The notes below the pieces were generated by a model. That model was not told the origin of the DNA. It worked only from the letters and a program-made list of their open reading frames with translations, and made no database searches. From positions 1-48,208 of the forward strand of contig JABDQW010000023.1 in NCBI GenBank assembly GCA_013042055.1: 48,208 nucleotides of DNA, given 5' to 3'. Numbering within the stretch: position 1 is the first letter of the stretch; each line of letters starts with the position of its first letter. Below, piece after piece: positions 30,267 to 41,884 of this stretch. The position numbers were made by a program, and so were the translations under genes. The DNA is from Gammaproteobacteria bacterium (GTDB taxonomy: Bacteria; Pseudomonadota; Gammaproteobacteria; SZUA-229).

Positions 30267-30830
30267 ATGGTCAGTCTGGAAACACCTGTTTGTGAGTTTG
30301 ACAATGATATTGTCGATTTTTCCCTACCGGGCGTCGACGGAAAGACGTGGGACGTTGAATCATGTCGTGGAGAGAACGGCCTACTGGTAATGTTTATTTG
30401 CAACCACTGTCCCTACGTGAAAGCGATACGCGAGCGCATCGTGCGCGATACGCGTGAGCTGATGCAGATGGGGGTCAACAGTGTGGCGATCATGTCGAAC
30501 AATCCAGAGGAGTACCAGGAGGATTCGTTCGAGAATATGAAGCTGGTCGCTGAACAGTACGATTTCCCCTTTCCCTATTTAATCGATGAATCGCAGGATG
30601 TGGCTAAGGCCTATGGTGCCGTCTGTACGCCCGATTTCTTCGGTTACAACAAGGACTTGAGGCTGCAATACCGCGGCCGTCTCGATGCCAGCCGCAAGCA
30701 AACAGCGGAAGGCGACGTCAGGCGAGACCTGTTCGAAGCCATGAAACAGGTCGCCAAGACCGGGCATGGTCCTGAAGAGCAGATCCCCAGTATGGGTTGC
30801 TCCATCAAATGGAAGAGCGAAGCGGCCTGA
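30267..30830 (+). CDS. Thioredoxin-fold / AhpC-TSA family protein
   Basis: MFICNHCPYV, YGAVCTPDFFG, YRGRLD, PSMGCSIKW. Start taken at MVSLETP. Confidence 0.92.
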   Translation: MVSLETPVCEFDNDIVDFSLPGVDGKTWDVESCRGENGLLVMFICNHCPYVKAIRERIVRDTRELMQMGVNSVAIMSNNPEEYQEDSFENMKLVAEQYDFPFPYLIDESQDVAKAYGAVCTPDFFGYNKDLRLQYRGRLDASRKQTAEGDVRRDLFEAMKQVAKTGHGPEEQIPSMGCSIKWKSEAA

Positions 30831-30836
30831 AAAAAT

Positions 30837-31065
30837 GGTCCGCAAATGAACGCAAATGCGCGCGAATGTTTTGTGGGGTGCGCCATGCGCGCCACGCAAC
30901 GTGTCCGGATCTTGAATGAATTGTTCGTTTTGTCTAGAGTTGTAATGGCGAGTGTTGCTCGCCGTTTCGCCGCGTGCGCGTTATCTAAGCCAGCATTTCG
31001 CTTGGGGCTCATGCGCTGCATGAGCCCCAGCCATCATTAGCGTTATTTGCGTTCATTTGCGGACC
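30837..31065. repeat. Inverted-repeat element with phased CGC-triplet arms and nested hairpins
   Basis: Perfect 21-bp IR GGTCCGCAAATGAACGCAAAT (30837-30857/31045-31065); internal REP-like 30873-30893 and a 12-bp hairpin at 31003-31029. Confidence 0.8.
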
Positions 31066-31318
31066 CTCTTGAGAAAGTAAAACAGGCCACTCTCCGTCAC
31101 TCCCTTGCGATAGATCAACTCCTTTGCTTGCCCATTCGGGTGAATTGAGGGAAAATACGCGCCTTTCGCCGCGTCGGGCACGGTAAGATCGCGCAGTTGG
31201 AGTGTCTGGCCTGTCGTTTTTATTAAGAATAATCTAAGAATTTCAGCTCCTGAGCAGGGCTTCTATCAATATGCTCAGGATACATAACAGTTTCAAAACT
31301 TTTTAAATGGAGAGCACA

Positions 31319-33301
31319 ATGCCTTCACGCAGAGAGCTGGCTAACGCCATTCGCGCCTTAAGTATGGACGCCGTCCAACAAGCCAATTCAGGTCACCCCG
31401 GGGCGCCGATGGGTATGGCTGATATCGCCGAAGTCCTCTACAACGACTTCATGAAGCATAACCCGGCCAATCCCAAATGGGTCGATCGTGATCGCTTCAT
31501 TATGTCCAATGGTCATGGTTCCATGCTGCCCTACTCGTTGTTGCACTTGACTGGGTATGACATGCCATTGGATGAAATCAAGAACTTCCGGCAATTGCAT
31601 TCGAGAACACCGGGTCACCCTGAGTACGGTTATGCGCCCGGTATCGAGACCACGACGGGTCCGCTGGGCCAGGGTATCAGCAACGCTGTGGGTATGGCGA
31701 TCGCGGAGCGTGCGCTGGCTGCACGTTTCAACCAGGATGGGCATGACATCGTTGACCACAACACTTATGTGTTCCTTGGAGACGGTTGCCTAATGGAAGG
31801 CATTTCGCACGAATCTTGTTCGCTTGCCGGCACGCTGGGTCTGGGCAAGCTGATTGCAATCTACGATGACAACAACATTTCGATCGATGGAGAGGTCGAG
31901 GGCTGGTTCACCGATGATACACCGGGGCGCTTCACTGCCTACGGTTGGCATGTCGTGCCTGATGTGAACGGTCACGATGCCGATGCGGTCAAGGCGGCGA
32001 TCGAACAGGCACGCGCGGTAACGGATAAACCTTCGATCATCTGCTGCAAGACGACGATTGGTTTCGGATCGCCGAATAAGGGTGGTAAGGAAGAGTGCCA
32101 TGGTGCGCCGCTGGGTGCCGATGAAATCGAACTGACCCGCAAGGAGCTGGGCTGGTCTCACGATGCCTTTGTAATTCCCGATGACGTCTATGCTGGTTGG
32201 AATGCCGCTGATAAAGGTGCTGCGGCGGAGGCGGCGTGGAATGAGAAGTTCGCTGCCTATAAAGCGGCTCACCCCGAATTGGCTGCTGAATTCGAGCGCC
32301 GCACGGCTGGTGATCTGGCAGCAGATTGGGAAAGCCAGGCCGATGCATTCATCAAATCAGTGGCAGAAAAGGGCGACTCAATCGCCAGTCGCAAGGCGTC
32401 GCAGAATGCGATCGAAGGGCTTTCTGCCTTCACCGATTTCATGGGCGGTTCTGCTGATTTGGCCGGCTCCAATCTGACCATCGTTTCGCGCTCGGTACCT
32501 ATGCGTAGGCAGACTGCTGATGCCAACTACCTTAACTACGGCGTGCGCGAATTCGGCATGGCCGCGATTGTCAACGGTATTTCGCTGCACGGTGGTTTCG
32601 TTCCCTACGGCGCGACCTTCCTGATGTTTTCTGAGTATGCGCGTAATGCCCTGCGTATGGCAGCACTGATGCAGATCCAACATATCGAGGTGTTCACGCA
32701 CGATTCAATTGGTCTGGGTGAAGACGGGCCGACGCATCAGCCGGTCGAGCAGACGGCGACACTGCGTATGATGCCACGGATGTCGGTATGGCGTCCCTGT
32801 GATGCCGTTGAAACAGCGGTAGCCTGGAAAGCGGCGGTGATGAAAAAGAACGGACCGACATCGCTGGTTTTGTCGCGCCAGGGGCTGCCCCATCAGGATC
32901 GTACCGATGCCCAGATTGCCGATATCGGCAAGGGCGGCTATGTGTTGAAAGATAGTAACGGTGACCCCGACGTCATTGTTATCGCCACCGGTTCAGAAGT
33001 CGCGCTAGCGCTAGAAGCCGCCGCGGCATCGGGTAAAAACGTCCGCGTCGTGTCGATGCCATCAACGGATGCGTTCGATGCTCAAGACGAAAGTTACCGG
33101 GAATCGGTACTGCCGTCCTCGTGCACGGCTCGCGTGGCTGTAGAAGCCGGTGTGACCGGTTTCTGGCGCAAATATGTCGGCCTCGATGGCGCTGTGATCG
33201 GTATTGACACGTTCGGTGAATCAGCCCCAGCGGGTGATCTGTTCAAGCACTTCGGTTTTACCGTGGACAAGGTCGTTGATGCGATAAACAGCGTGGCATA
33301 A
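31319..33301 (+). CDS. tkt: Transketolase
   Basis: [43 protein letters not shown]. Confidence 0.98.
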   Translation: MPSRRELANAIRALSMDAVQQANSGHPGAPMGMADIAEVLYNDFMKHNPANPKWVDRDRFIMSNGHGSMLPYSLLHLTGYDMPLDEIKNFRQLHSRTPGHPEYGYAPGIETTTGPLGQGISNAVGMAIAERALAARFNQDGHDIVDHNTYVFLGDGCLMEGISHESCSLAGTLGLGKLIAIYDDNNISIDGEVEGWFTDDTPGRFTAYGWHVVPDVNGHDADAVKAAIEQARAVTDKPSIICCKTTIGFGSPNKGGKEECHGAPLGADEIELTRKELGWSHDAFVIPDDVYAGWNAADKGAAAEAAWNEKFAAYKAAHPELAAEFERRTAGDLAADWESQADAFIKSVAEKGDSIASRKASQNAIEGLSAFTDFMGGSADLAGSNLTIVSRSVPMRRQTADANYLNYGVREFGMAAIVNGISLHGGFVPYGATFLMFSEYARNALRMAALMQIQHIEVFTHDSIGLGEDGPTHQPVEQTATLRMMPRMSVWRPCDAVETAVAWKAAVMKKNGPTSLVLSRQGLPHQDRTDAQIADIGKGGYVLKDSNGDPDVIVIATGSEVALALEAAAASGKNVRVVSMPSTDAFDAQDESYRESVLPSSCTARVAVEAGVTGFWRKYVGLDGAVIGIDTFGESAPAGDLFKHFGFTVDKVVDAINSVA

Positions 33302-33308
33302 AGCATTT

Positions 33309-33334
33309 TGTCCGCCCTGTGTATCGGGCGGACA
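33309..33334 (+). terminator. Stem-loop between tkt and gap (weak terminator or mRNA stabiliser)
   Basis: 9-bp stem TGTCCGCCC/GGGCGGACA without a strong U tract. Confidence 0.45.
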
Positions 33335-33338
33335 GTGA

Positions 33339-34373
<1,035 letters not shown>

Positions 34374-34499
34374 TCTAAGCGGATCTTTTGTCCGGGAGCG
34401 GCGTTGCGGCCCGAATTTGAAATGCTCATGTGCTCGTCTGCACACTCCGCTTTCAAAACCGAGCCGCGCCTTGCTCGCGAGCAAAATCTCTCGCTTAGA
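34374..34499. repeat. ERIC/RPE-like 126-bp palindromic element at the gap stop codon
   Basis: Terminal IR TCTAAGCG/CGCTTAGA and a long imperfect hairpin; minus strand CAAGGCG...GGAG-stem-loop-TGA...CAACGC layout. Confidence 0.72.
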
Positions 34500-34520
34500 A
34501 AGTAATTGATAGAGTCTAAG

Positions 34521-34554
34521 CCAGCCCGATTTTGTACGTCGGGCTGGTGTTTTT
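34521..34554 (+). terminator. Rho-independent terminator after gap
   Basis: CCAGCCCGA/TCGGGCTGG stem followed by TGTTTTT. Confidence 0.7.
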
Positions 34555-34634
34555 AAAGTCAGTGGCAACGAGTGTTGTTCGTTAAGTAGAAAAACTTAAC
34601 AAACATCATTCAAAAAGTATTCAGGAGTTTCAAA

Positions 34635-35816
34635 ATGTCCTTCATCAAACTCACAGATCTCGATTTGGCGGGCAAGCGCGTTTTGATCCGCGCTGACCTC
34701 AATGTGCCGGTTAAAGACGGCAAAGTAACTTCAGATGCGCGAATTGCCGCGTCTATGCCGACCATTGAACATTGCGCCAAGGCGGGTGCCAAGGTCATGG
34801 TGATGTCACACCGCGGCCGTCCGGAAGAAGGCAAGGTAGACGAAGAGAACTCGATGCAACCGATTGCAGATGATATATCTGCCAAACTCGGAAAGGACGT
34901 GCGTCTGATCAAGGACTACCTCGATAGTGTTCCCGAGGTTGCCGACGGCGAAGTGGTACTGTTCGAAAATGTACGCTTCAACGCGGGTGAAAAGAAAGAC
35001 GACGAGGCGCTTTCGAAGAAGTACGCCGCTCTGTGCGACGTATTTGTGATGGATGCTTTCGGTACTGCGCATCGCGCCCAGGCGTCGACGCACGGCGTCG
35101 GTGTCTTCGCACCGGTGGCCTGTGCCGGTCTGTTGCTGAGCGACGAGTTGGATAATCTGGCCAAGGCATTGGCGGAGCCGGCGCGTCCGATGGTCGCAAT
35201 CGTCGGTGGTTCCAAGGTATCGACCAAGCTAACCGTGCTCGAAGCGCTGTCTGAGAAAGTCGACCAACTGGTCGTCGGTGGCGGTATCGCCAACACTTTT
35301 CTGAAGGCCACGGGACACAACGTCGGCAAATCGCTGTGCGAAAACGACCTGGTTGACACGGCGAAGGCGCTGATCGATAAGATGCAGGCGCACGGCGCAA
35401 CCATTCCGATCGCGACCGATGTGGTTTGCGGCAAGGAATTCAGCGAAACTGCCGAGGCCACGCTGAAATCCGCCGATGCTGTAGAAGATGACGATATGAT
35501 CTTCGATATCGGTCCGGATTCTGCCAACGAACTGGCGGATATCATCAGCAAGGCCGGTACGATTGTCTGGAACGGCCCGGTCGGTGTGTTTGAGTTCGAT
35601 CAGTTCGGTGAAGGCACCAAGATCGTTTCGATGGCGATAGCGAATTCCGACGGTTTCAGCTTGGCCGGCGGTGGTGACACCATTGCTGCGATCCAGAAGT
35701 ATGACATCTACGACAAGGTGTCCTATATTTCCACAGCCGGCGGCGCTTTCCTCGAATATCTCGAAGGCAAAACCTTGCCTGCAGTGGCGATGCTGGAAGC
35801 GCAGGCTGAGAAGTAG
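34635..35816 (+). CDS. pgk: Phosphoglycerate kinase
   Basis: [42 protein letters not shown]. Confidence 0.98.
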   Translation: MSFIKLTDLDLAGKRVLIRADLNVPVKDGKVTSDARIAASMPTIEHCAKAGAKVMVMSHRGRPEEGKVDEENSMQPIADDISAKLGKDVRLIKDYLDSVPEVADGEVVLFENVRFNAGEKKDDEALSKKYAALCDVFVMDAFGTAHRAQASTHGVGVFAPVACAGLLLSDELDNLAKALAEPARPMVAIVGGSKVSTKLTVLEALSEKVDQLVVGGGIANTFLKATGHNVGKSLCENDLVDTAKALIDKMQAHGATIPIATDVVCGKEFSETAEATLKSADAVEDDDMIFDIGPDSANELADIISKAGTIVWNGPVGVFEFDQFGEGTKIVSMAIANSDGFSLAGGGDTIAAIQKYDIYDKVSYISTAGGAFLEYLEGKTLPAVAMLEAQAEK

Positions 35817-35907
35817 AGCGAGCTGCGACGGGTGATTGGTTAGTGAGACAGGATAATCAGGTGCGAATTTTATTCAAGCCGCGTCGCTAGCCACTCGAAA
35901 CCAAACC

Positions 35908-37335
35908 ATGCGCAGGACCAAGATAGTCGCGACGCTGGGCCCCGGCTCGTGTTCGCCCGATGTGATCGAAGCAATGATTCGTGCGGGCGTAGATGTGTTT
36001 CGTCTTAATTTTTCTCATGGAACACACGAGGAACAACGCCAACGCCATGCATTGATACGTGCGTGCAGCGAAAAAGTCGGCCGCGTCGTCGGTGTGTTGG
36101 CAGATTTGCAGGGCCCGAAAATACGCACAGGCCGTTTCGTCGATCGGCGCGTGCAACTGATTCGCGGTGAGCGTTTTATTCTGGATGCAGATCTGGGTGA
36201 TGATGAAGGCACGAACGAGCGTGTTGGCATCACCTACAAGGATCTGCCGAAAGACGTCAGGCCCGGCCATCTGTTGTTACTCGACGACGGTCGGGTCGAG
36301 CTCGAGGTCGTCGAGGTCCAGGGCAATCAGATTCACTGCGTTGTCGGCTACAGTTGTGAATTGTCCGACAACAAGGGCATCAACCTGAAAGGTGGCGGGC
36401 TGTCAGCGCCGGCTCTGACTGACAAAGACAAGCAGGACATCAAGGCGGCGGCAGCGCTTGGTGTCGACTATGTTGCATTGTCGTTCGCGCGTTCGGCAGA
36501 GGATGTGCATCGTTGCCGTGATTATGTGCGTAAGGCTGGCAGTGATGCCGGCATCGTCACCAAGGTCGAGCGTGGCGATGCAATCGACAACATCGACGAG
36601 ATCATCGTCGCTTCGGATGTGATCATGGTGGCGCGTGGTGACCTCGGTGTAGAACTCGGTGATGCCGAGTTGCCGGCAATACAGAAGAGCTGTATCAAGA
36701 AAGCGCGTGACCTGAACAAGGTTGTGATCACGGCGACGCAGATGATGGAATCGATGATCGACAATCCGATTCCGACGCGCGCCGAAGTGTTCGACGTGGC
36801 CAATGCCGTGCTGGACGGGACCGACGCGGTCATGCTGTCCGGTGAGACGGCGGTCGGTCGCTACCCCGTCAAGGTGGTGCAGGCGATGAGCCGTATCTGC
36901 GAGCACGCCGAGCAGCAGTCCGCAGCGCGATTGTCGGATCATCGCGTTCACCTTATGTTCGGCAGGGTTGATGAGGCCATCGCGATGGCTACAATGTATA
37001 CCGCGAATCATCTCGATGTGGCGGCGATCGCTTCATTGACGGAATCAGGCGCTACCGCGCTGTGGATGTCGCGCATCAGTTCGGGTATTCCGATTTATGC
37101 GCTGACCCGGCACCACAAAACGCAACGCAAGGTGGCTCTGTACCGGGGAGTTTATCCGGTCAACATCGAGAACAACCGGATTGGGCCGATTAATGTGACC
37201 CAGAGCGTCATCGATGTGTTGTTGAGCAGGGATATCGTATCCAAAGGTCAACGGATCATTATGACGCGCGGTGACCTGATGGGCGAAAAGGGGGCGGGTA
37301 CCAATGCGATGAAGATCGTGGATATCCCTGCGTAG
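35908..37335 (+). CDS. pyk: Pyruvate kinase (PykA-like)
   Basis: [46 protein letters not shown]. Confidence 0.97.
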   Translation: MRRTKIVATLGPGSCSPDVIEAMIRAGVDVFRLNFSHGTHEEQRQRHALIRACSEKVGRVVGVLADLQGPKIRTGRFVDRRVQLIRGERFILDADLGDDEGTNERVGITYKDLPKDVRPGHLLLLDDGRVELEVVEVQGNQIHCVVGYSCELSDNKGINLKGGGLSAPALTDKDKQDIKAAAALGVDYVALSFARSAEDVHRCRDYVRKAGSDAGIVTKVERGDAIDNIDEIIVASDVIMVARGDLGVELGDAELPAIQKSCIKKARDLNKVVITATQMMESMIDNPIPTRAEVFDVANAVLDGTDAVMLSGETAVGRYPVKVVQAMSRICEHAEQQSAARLSDHRVHLMFGRVDEAIAMATMYTANHLDVAAIASLTESGATALWMSRISSGIPIYALTRHHKTQRKVALYRGVYPVNIENNRIGPINVTQSVIDVLLSRDIVSKGQRIIMTRGDLMGEKGAGTNAMKIVDIPA

Positions 37336-37393
37336 AAAAATTTCAACGGTATTAATATCAAGCGTAAAACTACCAAATTTTAGGAGAACTAAA

Positions 37394-38431
37394 ATGGCTT
37401 TAATTTCAATGAGACAATTGCTGGACCACGCCGCCGAGAACGACTACGGTATGCCGGCATTCAACGTAAACAACATGGAGCAGGTGCATGCGATCATGCA
37501 GGCTGCCGATGAAACCAACAGCCCAGTGATCATGCAGGGTTCAGCGGGTGCACGTTCCTACGCGGGCGAGCCGTTCCTGCGCCACCTGATCAGCGCCGCT
37601 ATCGAAATGTATCCACACATCCCGGTGGTCATGCACCAGGATCATGGTTCGGAGCCGGCTGTATGCCTGCGTTCGATCCAGTCCGGTTTTAGCTCGGTAA
37701 TGATGGATGGCTCGCTGAAGCCAGACATGAAGACACCATCGAGTTACGAATACAACGTCGAAGTGACCCGCAAGGTGGTTGACATGGCACACGCCGGCGG
37801 TGTTTCCGTCGAAGGCGAGCTCGGCTGCCTGGGTTCACTCGAAACCGGTGAAATGGGTGAAGAAGACGGCCACGGTGCCGAGGGCAAGCTGGATATGGAT
37901 ATGTTGCTGACAAGCGTAGACGAAGCAGCTGACTTCGTCGAAAAGACCGGCGTCGATGCACTGGCGATCGCGATTGGAACCTCGCATGGCGCCTACAAGT
38001 TCACAAAGGAGCCGACCGGTGAAATACTGCGCATCGACCGCATCCGTGAAATCCATGCGCGCATTCCCAACACCCACCTGGTGATGCACGGTTCATCCTC
38101 GGTACCGCAGGACTGGTTGGAAGTTATCAACAACTACGGCGGTGATATGGGCCAGACCTATGGTGTACCGGTTGAAGAAATTCAGGAAGGCATCAAAAAC
38201 GGTGTCGCCAAGGTCAACATCGATACCGACCTGCGCATGGCCTCAACCGGCTCGATCCGCAAGCATCTGTCCGATAATCCGTCCAACTTCGACCCGCGCA
38301 AGTTCCTGAAGGAATCGACCGCCGGCATGAAGGAAATCTGCAAGGCCCGCTACGAAGCTTTCGGTTGTGCCGGTAATGCATCCAAGATCACACCGGTCTC
38401 GCTGGAGAAAATGGTAGGGTTCTACCAATAA
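37394..38431 (+). CDS. fba: Fructose-bisphosphate aldolase class II (CbbA/Fba type)
   Basis: [39 protein letters not shown]. Confidence 0.97.
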   Translation: MALISMRQLLDHAAENDYGMPAFNVNNMEQVHAIMQAADETNSPVIMQGSAGARSYAGEPFLRHLISAAIEMYPHIPVVMHQDHGSEPAVCLRSIQSGFSSVMMDGSLKPDMKTPSSYEYNVEVTRKVVDMAHAGGVSVEGELGCLGSLETGEMGEEDGHGAEGKLDMDMLLTSVDEAADFVEKTGVDALAIAIGTSHGAYKFTKEPTGEILRIDRIREIHARIPNTHLVMHGSSSVPQDWLEVINNYGGDMGQTYGVPVEEIQEGIKNGVAKVNIDTDLRMASTGSIRKHLSDNPSNFDPRKFLKESTAGMKEICKARYEAFGCAGNASKITPVSLEKMVGFYQ

Positions 38432-38454
38432 GACCTGTGGCGTGATGCACACTG

Positions 38455-38480
38455 AAAGAGGGGGCTTATGCCCCCTTTTT
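38455..38480 (+). terminator. Rho-independent terminator after fba
   Basis: AGGGGGC-TTAT-GCCCCCT followed by TTTT. Confidence 0.8.
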
Positions 38481-38536
38481 GCTTCCAGTGATATGCTCAG
38501 GTTGCAGTTTAGATCATCAATAAAAACAACAACGAG

Positions 38537-38732
38537 AGTCCGCAAATGAACGCAAATAAACGCAAATATTTTTTTGGTTTTGCTGCGCAATAGAAAAACT
38601 CAAACATTCACAAGCCATTAGCGTGCGTAGGCGTTAATTTTCGGATTGGAAAACACGATTGAAGCCATAGCACCTTAGTGTTTCAGATGCGCAGCATCAA
38701 AGCTCAGAATTATTAGCGTTTATTTGCGGACT
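38537..38732. repeat. Inverted-repeat element with phased CGC-triplet arms
   Basis: Left arm AGTC-CGCAAATGAA-CGCAAATAAA-CGCAAATA shares 20 nt with the 30837 arm. Right arm 38711-38732 has two units; a degenerate extra arm lies at about 38616-38647. Confidence 0.78.
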
Positions 38733-38738
38733 AACAAC

Positions 38739-40091
38739 ATGATTGAAACGATAACCGAATTTACCGGCACGTTAGCTGGTTTTCTGTGGAACAATGGCGT
38801 GACCATGTTGATTCTGGTCGGTACCGGTCTGTATCTGACGATACGCCTGCGTTTCGTGCAGCTGACCGGCTTTCGTCATGGCTGGGTGCTGATATCAGGC
38901 AAACTCAGTCGCGATAGCGATAGCGGCGAGGTCAGTCATTTTCAGGCCCTGTCAACAGCGCTGTCGGCCACCGTCGGTACCGGAAATATCGCCGGCGTCG
39001 CGACGGCGATTTCGCTGGGTGGTCCGGGCGCGTTGTTCTGGATGTGGGTGACCGCATTCGTTGGTATGGCGACCAAGTTTACCGAAAGCACGCTGGCGTT
39101 GAAGTTCAGAGAAGTGGATGCGGACGGCACCATCGCCGGCGGACCGATGTACACCTTGCTGCACGGCCTGAAGATGAAACGCACGGCGGCCCTGTTTGCC
39201 GTGTTCGCGTTAGTCGCGTCGTTCGGTATCGGCAACCTGGTGCAAGCGAATTCGGTGGTCGATGGTCTGACCTATATTTGGCCTGATTTTAAAGCCCATG
39301 GCTGGGTAATCGGCACCGTGCTTTCGCTGCTGGTGGGTTCGGTGATCATTGGTGGCGTGCATCGCATCGCGGTCGTTGCCAGCGCCATCGTTCCATTTAT
39401 GGTGATCATCTATGTCGTATCGGCGCTGGCGGTATTGATCCAACACGCCGCTGAGATACCCTCGGCGCTGCTGACAATATTCAATCTTGCCTTGAATCCC
39501 TGGGCCGCGGGGGGTGCCGCCGTAGGAGAGGCGATACGCTGGGGAGTGGCGCGCGGACTGTTCTCCAATGAGGCCGGGTTGGGCTCATCGCCGATGGCGC
39601 ATGCGGCTGCGCGCACCAACGAGCCTGTGCGTGAAGGCCTGGTTGCGATGATGGAGCCGTTTATCGACACCATTGTGATCTGCACGATGACCGGATTGGT
39701 TATTGTATTAAGCGGTGCCTACCTGACAGCCGATGATGGCATCGTCGGCGCCGCACTAACGGCCTACGCGTTCAATCTGAATTTCGGTGATTTTGGCGCT
39801 ATGATCGTCGGCTTCGGCTTGTCATTGTTCGCTTTTTCGACGATGATTGCCTGGTCCTACTATGGCGACCGTTGCGCACGCTTTTTGTTCGGCAAGAAAG
39901 CGGTGTTGTACTATCGCATCGTCTTTACGCTGGCTATCATCGTCGGCGCTGCTGTGCCGCTTAAGCTGGTTTGGAATATCGCCGATATTACGACCATACT
40001 GATGGCGTTGCCGAACCTGCTCGCGCTGTTCTTGCTGGCAGGTCTGGTACAGCGCATGAAATCGGACTATTTCGGTCGTCTGCAGGGATGA
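38739..40091 (+). CDS. Alanine/glycine:cation symporter (AGCS/AlsT family)
   Basis: ATVGTGNIAGVATAI..GGPGALFWMW, GGPMY, RGLFSNEAGLGS, FIDTIVICTMT. Confidence 0.95.
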   Translation: MIETITEFTGTLAGFLWNNGVTMLILVGTGLYLTIRLRFVQLTGFRHGWVLISGKLSRDSDSGEVSHFQALSTALSATVGTGNIAGVATAISLGGPGALFWMWVTAFVGMATKFTESTLALKFREVDADGTIAGGPMYTLLHGLKMKRTAALFAVFALVASFGIGNLVQANSVVDGLTYIWPDFKAHGWVIGTVLSLLVGSVIIGGVHRIAVVASAIVPFMVIIYVVSALAVLIQHAAEIPSALLTIFNLALNPWAAGGAAVGEAIRWGVARGLFSNEAGLGSSPMAHAAARTNEPVREGLVAMMEPFIDTIVICTMTGLVIVLSGAYLTADDGIVGAALTAYAFNLNFGDFGAMIVGFGLSLFAFSTMIAWSYYGDRCARFLFGKKAVLYYRIVFTLAIIVGAAVPLKLVWNIADITTILMALPNLLALFLLAGLVQRMKSDYFGRLQG

Positions 40092-40116
40092 GCACAGTAA
40101 CCGATTGATTTCATTT

Positions 40117-40255
40117 AACCGCAGAGGCGCAAAGACGCAGAGGATTAATTTTTTGTGTAGGAGCGGCTTCAGCCGCGAATCGCTGGTTTTCGCGGCTGAA
40201 GTCGCTCCTACGATTTTACACTCAAATAACTCTGCGCCTTTGCACCTCTGCGGTT
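40117..40255. repeat. Inverted-repeat element with 8-nt-phased CGC arms enclosing a REP doublet
   Basis: AAC-CGCAGAGG-CGCAAAGA-CGCAGAG (40117-40142) is 24/26 identical to the reverse complement of 40230-40255. Confidence 0.8.
40157..40211. repeat. GTAG REP doublet (REPIN-like)
   Basis: GTAGGAGCGGCTTCAGCCGCGAA ... TTCGCGGCTGAAGTCGCTCCTAC, inverted with one mismatch. Confidence 0.85.
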
Positions 40256-40282
40256 GGTCATATTTTTAACAGTTAATAGGAG

Positions 40283-40627
40283 ATGCTCATGATCCAGATC
40301 GCAGAAGGCCTGGAATACGAAGATCAGATCACCGGCGACGGTGACGAGGCAGTGCCGGGCAAGACGGTCGAAGTGCACTACACCGGCTGGCTGACCGACG
40401 GTAAAGAATTCGATTCCAGTCATAGACGCAACGACACCTTCAGCTTCAAGCTGGGTGGTGGTCAGGTGATCCAGGGCTGGGACCAGGGTGTCGCCGGTAT
40501 GAAGGTCGGTGGTGTACGCAAACTGACCATCGCCCCCGAGTTTGGATACGGTGCCCGTGGCGCCGGTGGCGTAATACCGCCGAATGCAACACTGATATTC
40601 AAGGTGGAACTGGTCAGCGTGAGTTAG
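40283..40627 (+). CDS. FKBP-type peptidyl-prolyl isomerase
   Basis: VHYTGWL.DG..FDSS, VIQGWDQG..GMKVGG.R.L.I, IPPNATLIF.VEL. Confidence 0.97.
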   Translation: MLMIQIAEGLEYEDQITGDGDEAVPGKTVEVHYTGWLTDGKEFDSSHRRNDTFSFKLGGGQVIQGWDQGVAGMKVGGVRKLTIAPEFGYGARGAGGVIPPNATLIFKVELVSVS

Positions 40628-40724
40628 CCGGCATTTCTCATCAGGCGGCGTAGAGTGCTAATAAGACATTGGCTCTTTTGATAAAGCTCGGATGATCGTA
40701 AATACAGTGTGTTTTTCAGGCATG

Positions 40725-40826
40725 CCTGTCACGGTTCAGGCTGGTCTTCGTGTCCGTAAGCTTGCTCTTCACTCAAACCGTAGCTATTGCTATGCTTTTC
40801 GCTCCAGAGCAGCGCTTACGAACACG
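40725..40826. repeat. Long hairpin repeat (fullest copy of the family with fragments at 10447 and 26941)
   Basis: Stem CGTGTCCGTAAGC (40749-40761)/GCTTACGAACACG (40814-40826); apical TAGC-TATT-GCTA. Confidence 0.75.
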
Positions 40827-40863
40827 GGCGAGTCGTTCCAATACACGAAGGGGTTCGGGCGCA

Positions 40864-40933
40864 TGCAGGAGCGACTTTAGTCGCGATTTCGGCCGAAATT
40901 CGCGATTAAAGTCGCTACAGACCCTCTCCTGCA
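40864..40933. repeat. REP doublet (GCAG variant) with an 11-nt insertion in the right arm
   Basis: TGCAGGAGCGACTTTAGTCGCGA, a palindromic spacer, then TCGCGATTAAAGTCGCT[ACAGACCCTCT]CCTGCA; related to 40157-40211. Confidence 0.75.
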
Positions 40934-40953
40934 AATCGTATGTGGATTCATTG

Positions 40954-41640
40954 CTACAACGTTCGAGTAGCGATCGCGTCGATTAGTGCGTCCGACAACT
41001 GACTGCGATTGAATTCCTGAAGATAAACGCCACAGTCGAGCTGTTCCCTCAGGTCGGTCGCATTGTCCATCTGTCCATCCGGGTCGTCATTCAGCTTGTT
41101 GAGTACAATGCCGGCGAGTTCGAGGCCGCGCGTCCTGATCGCCTCGACATTCAGCAAAACCTGGTTCAATACACCCAGCGTGTTTTCGGCAACCAGCAGC
41201 ACCGGCAGCTGTAACGCCACGGCCAGATCGGCGTTCAGTCCGTCCCCGGTTATTGGCGAATAGAAGCCGCCGGCGCCTTCCACCAGCAGGAAGTGGCCTT
41301 CGCTGTTATCCAGGCATGCGTCAACGAGCTGTTCAGTAGTAAGCTGCGTATGGGCCAATCGGGCCGCGCGAGCCGGTGAAATTGGCGGTTGAAAGCGGTA
41401 CGGACAGACATCCGCCAACGTGCCGCCGTATGCAGCGGCTTGCATCAAGGCCTGCGCGTCGCTCGGCAACAGCTCACCCTGCACGAAGTCGCAGCCCGAT
41501 TCGACCGGTTTGCGCGGTACAACCGGAAACTGTTTTTCTGTTAGTGCTTTTGCCAGCAGCACGCCGATATAGGTTTTACCGACACCGGTGCTGGTACCGG
41601 TGATGAAGATGCCTGGCAGCGATGGCGTTTGCCTGATCAT
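40954..41640 (-). CDS. bioD: Dethiobiotin synthase
   Basis: IFITGTSTGVGKT P-loop, KPVESG, LVEGAGG, LGVLNQ.LL. Confidence 0.95.
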   Translation of the reverse strand: MIRQTPSLPGIFITGTSTGVGKTYIGVLLAKALTEKQFPVVPRKPVESGCDFVQGELLPSDAQALMQAAAYGGTLADVCPYRFQPPISPARAARLAHTQLTTEQLVDACLDNSEGHFLLVEGAGGFYSPITGDGLNADLAVALQLPVLLVAENTLGVLNQVLLNVEAIRTRGLELAGIVLNKLNDDPDGQMDNATDLREQLDCGVYLQEFNRSQLSDALIDAIATRTL

Positions 41641-41876
41641 CCTAGATTCCGCAGTTGAACACAGATTTAACGCTGCACCGCTAGCGTCAGGGCAAGGCGC
41701 GACTTGCAGCTAATGGCCGTCGTCCTTGGCAAAAGTTGCAACGCCGCCATGGCGCTAGCGGAGCGGCGATAAACTGTGTAGCGACTCACCCGTTGGGTGA
41801 ACGTAAAATACTGCATAACTTTTCGAATAATCATAGAGTTGACTAGAAGTAATAGCGATCAACTGCGGAATCTAGG
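41641..41876. mobile_element. 236-bp MITE with 18-bp TIRs and a 5-bp target-site duplication
   Basis: TIR CCTAGATTCCGCAGTTGA (41641-41658) / TCAACTGCGGAATCTAGG (41859-41876), perfect; direct repeat ATCAT at 41636-41640 and 41877-41881; no transposase. Confidence 0.88.
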
Positions 41877-41884
41877 ATCATGCG

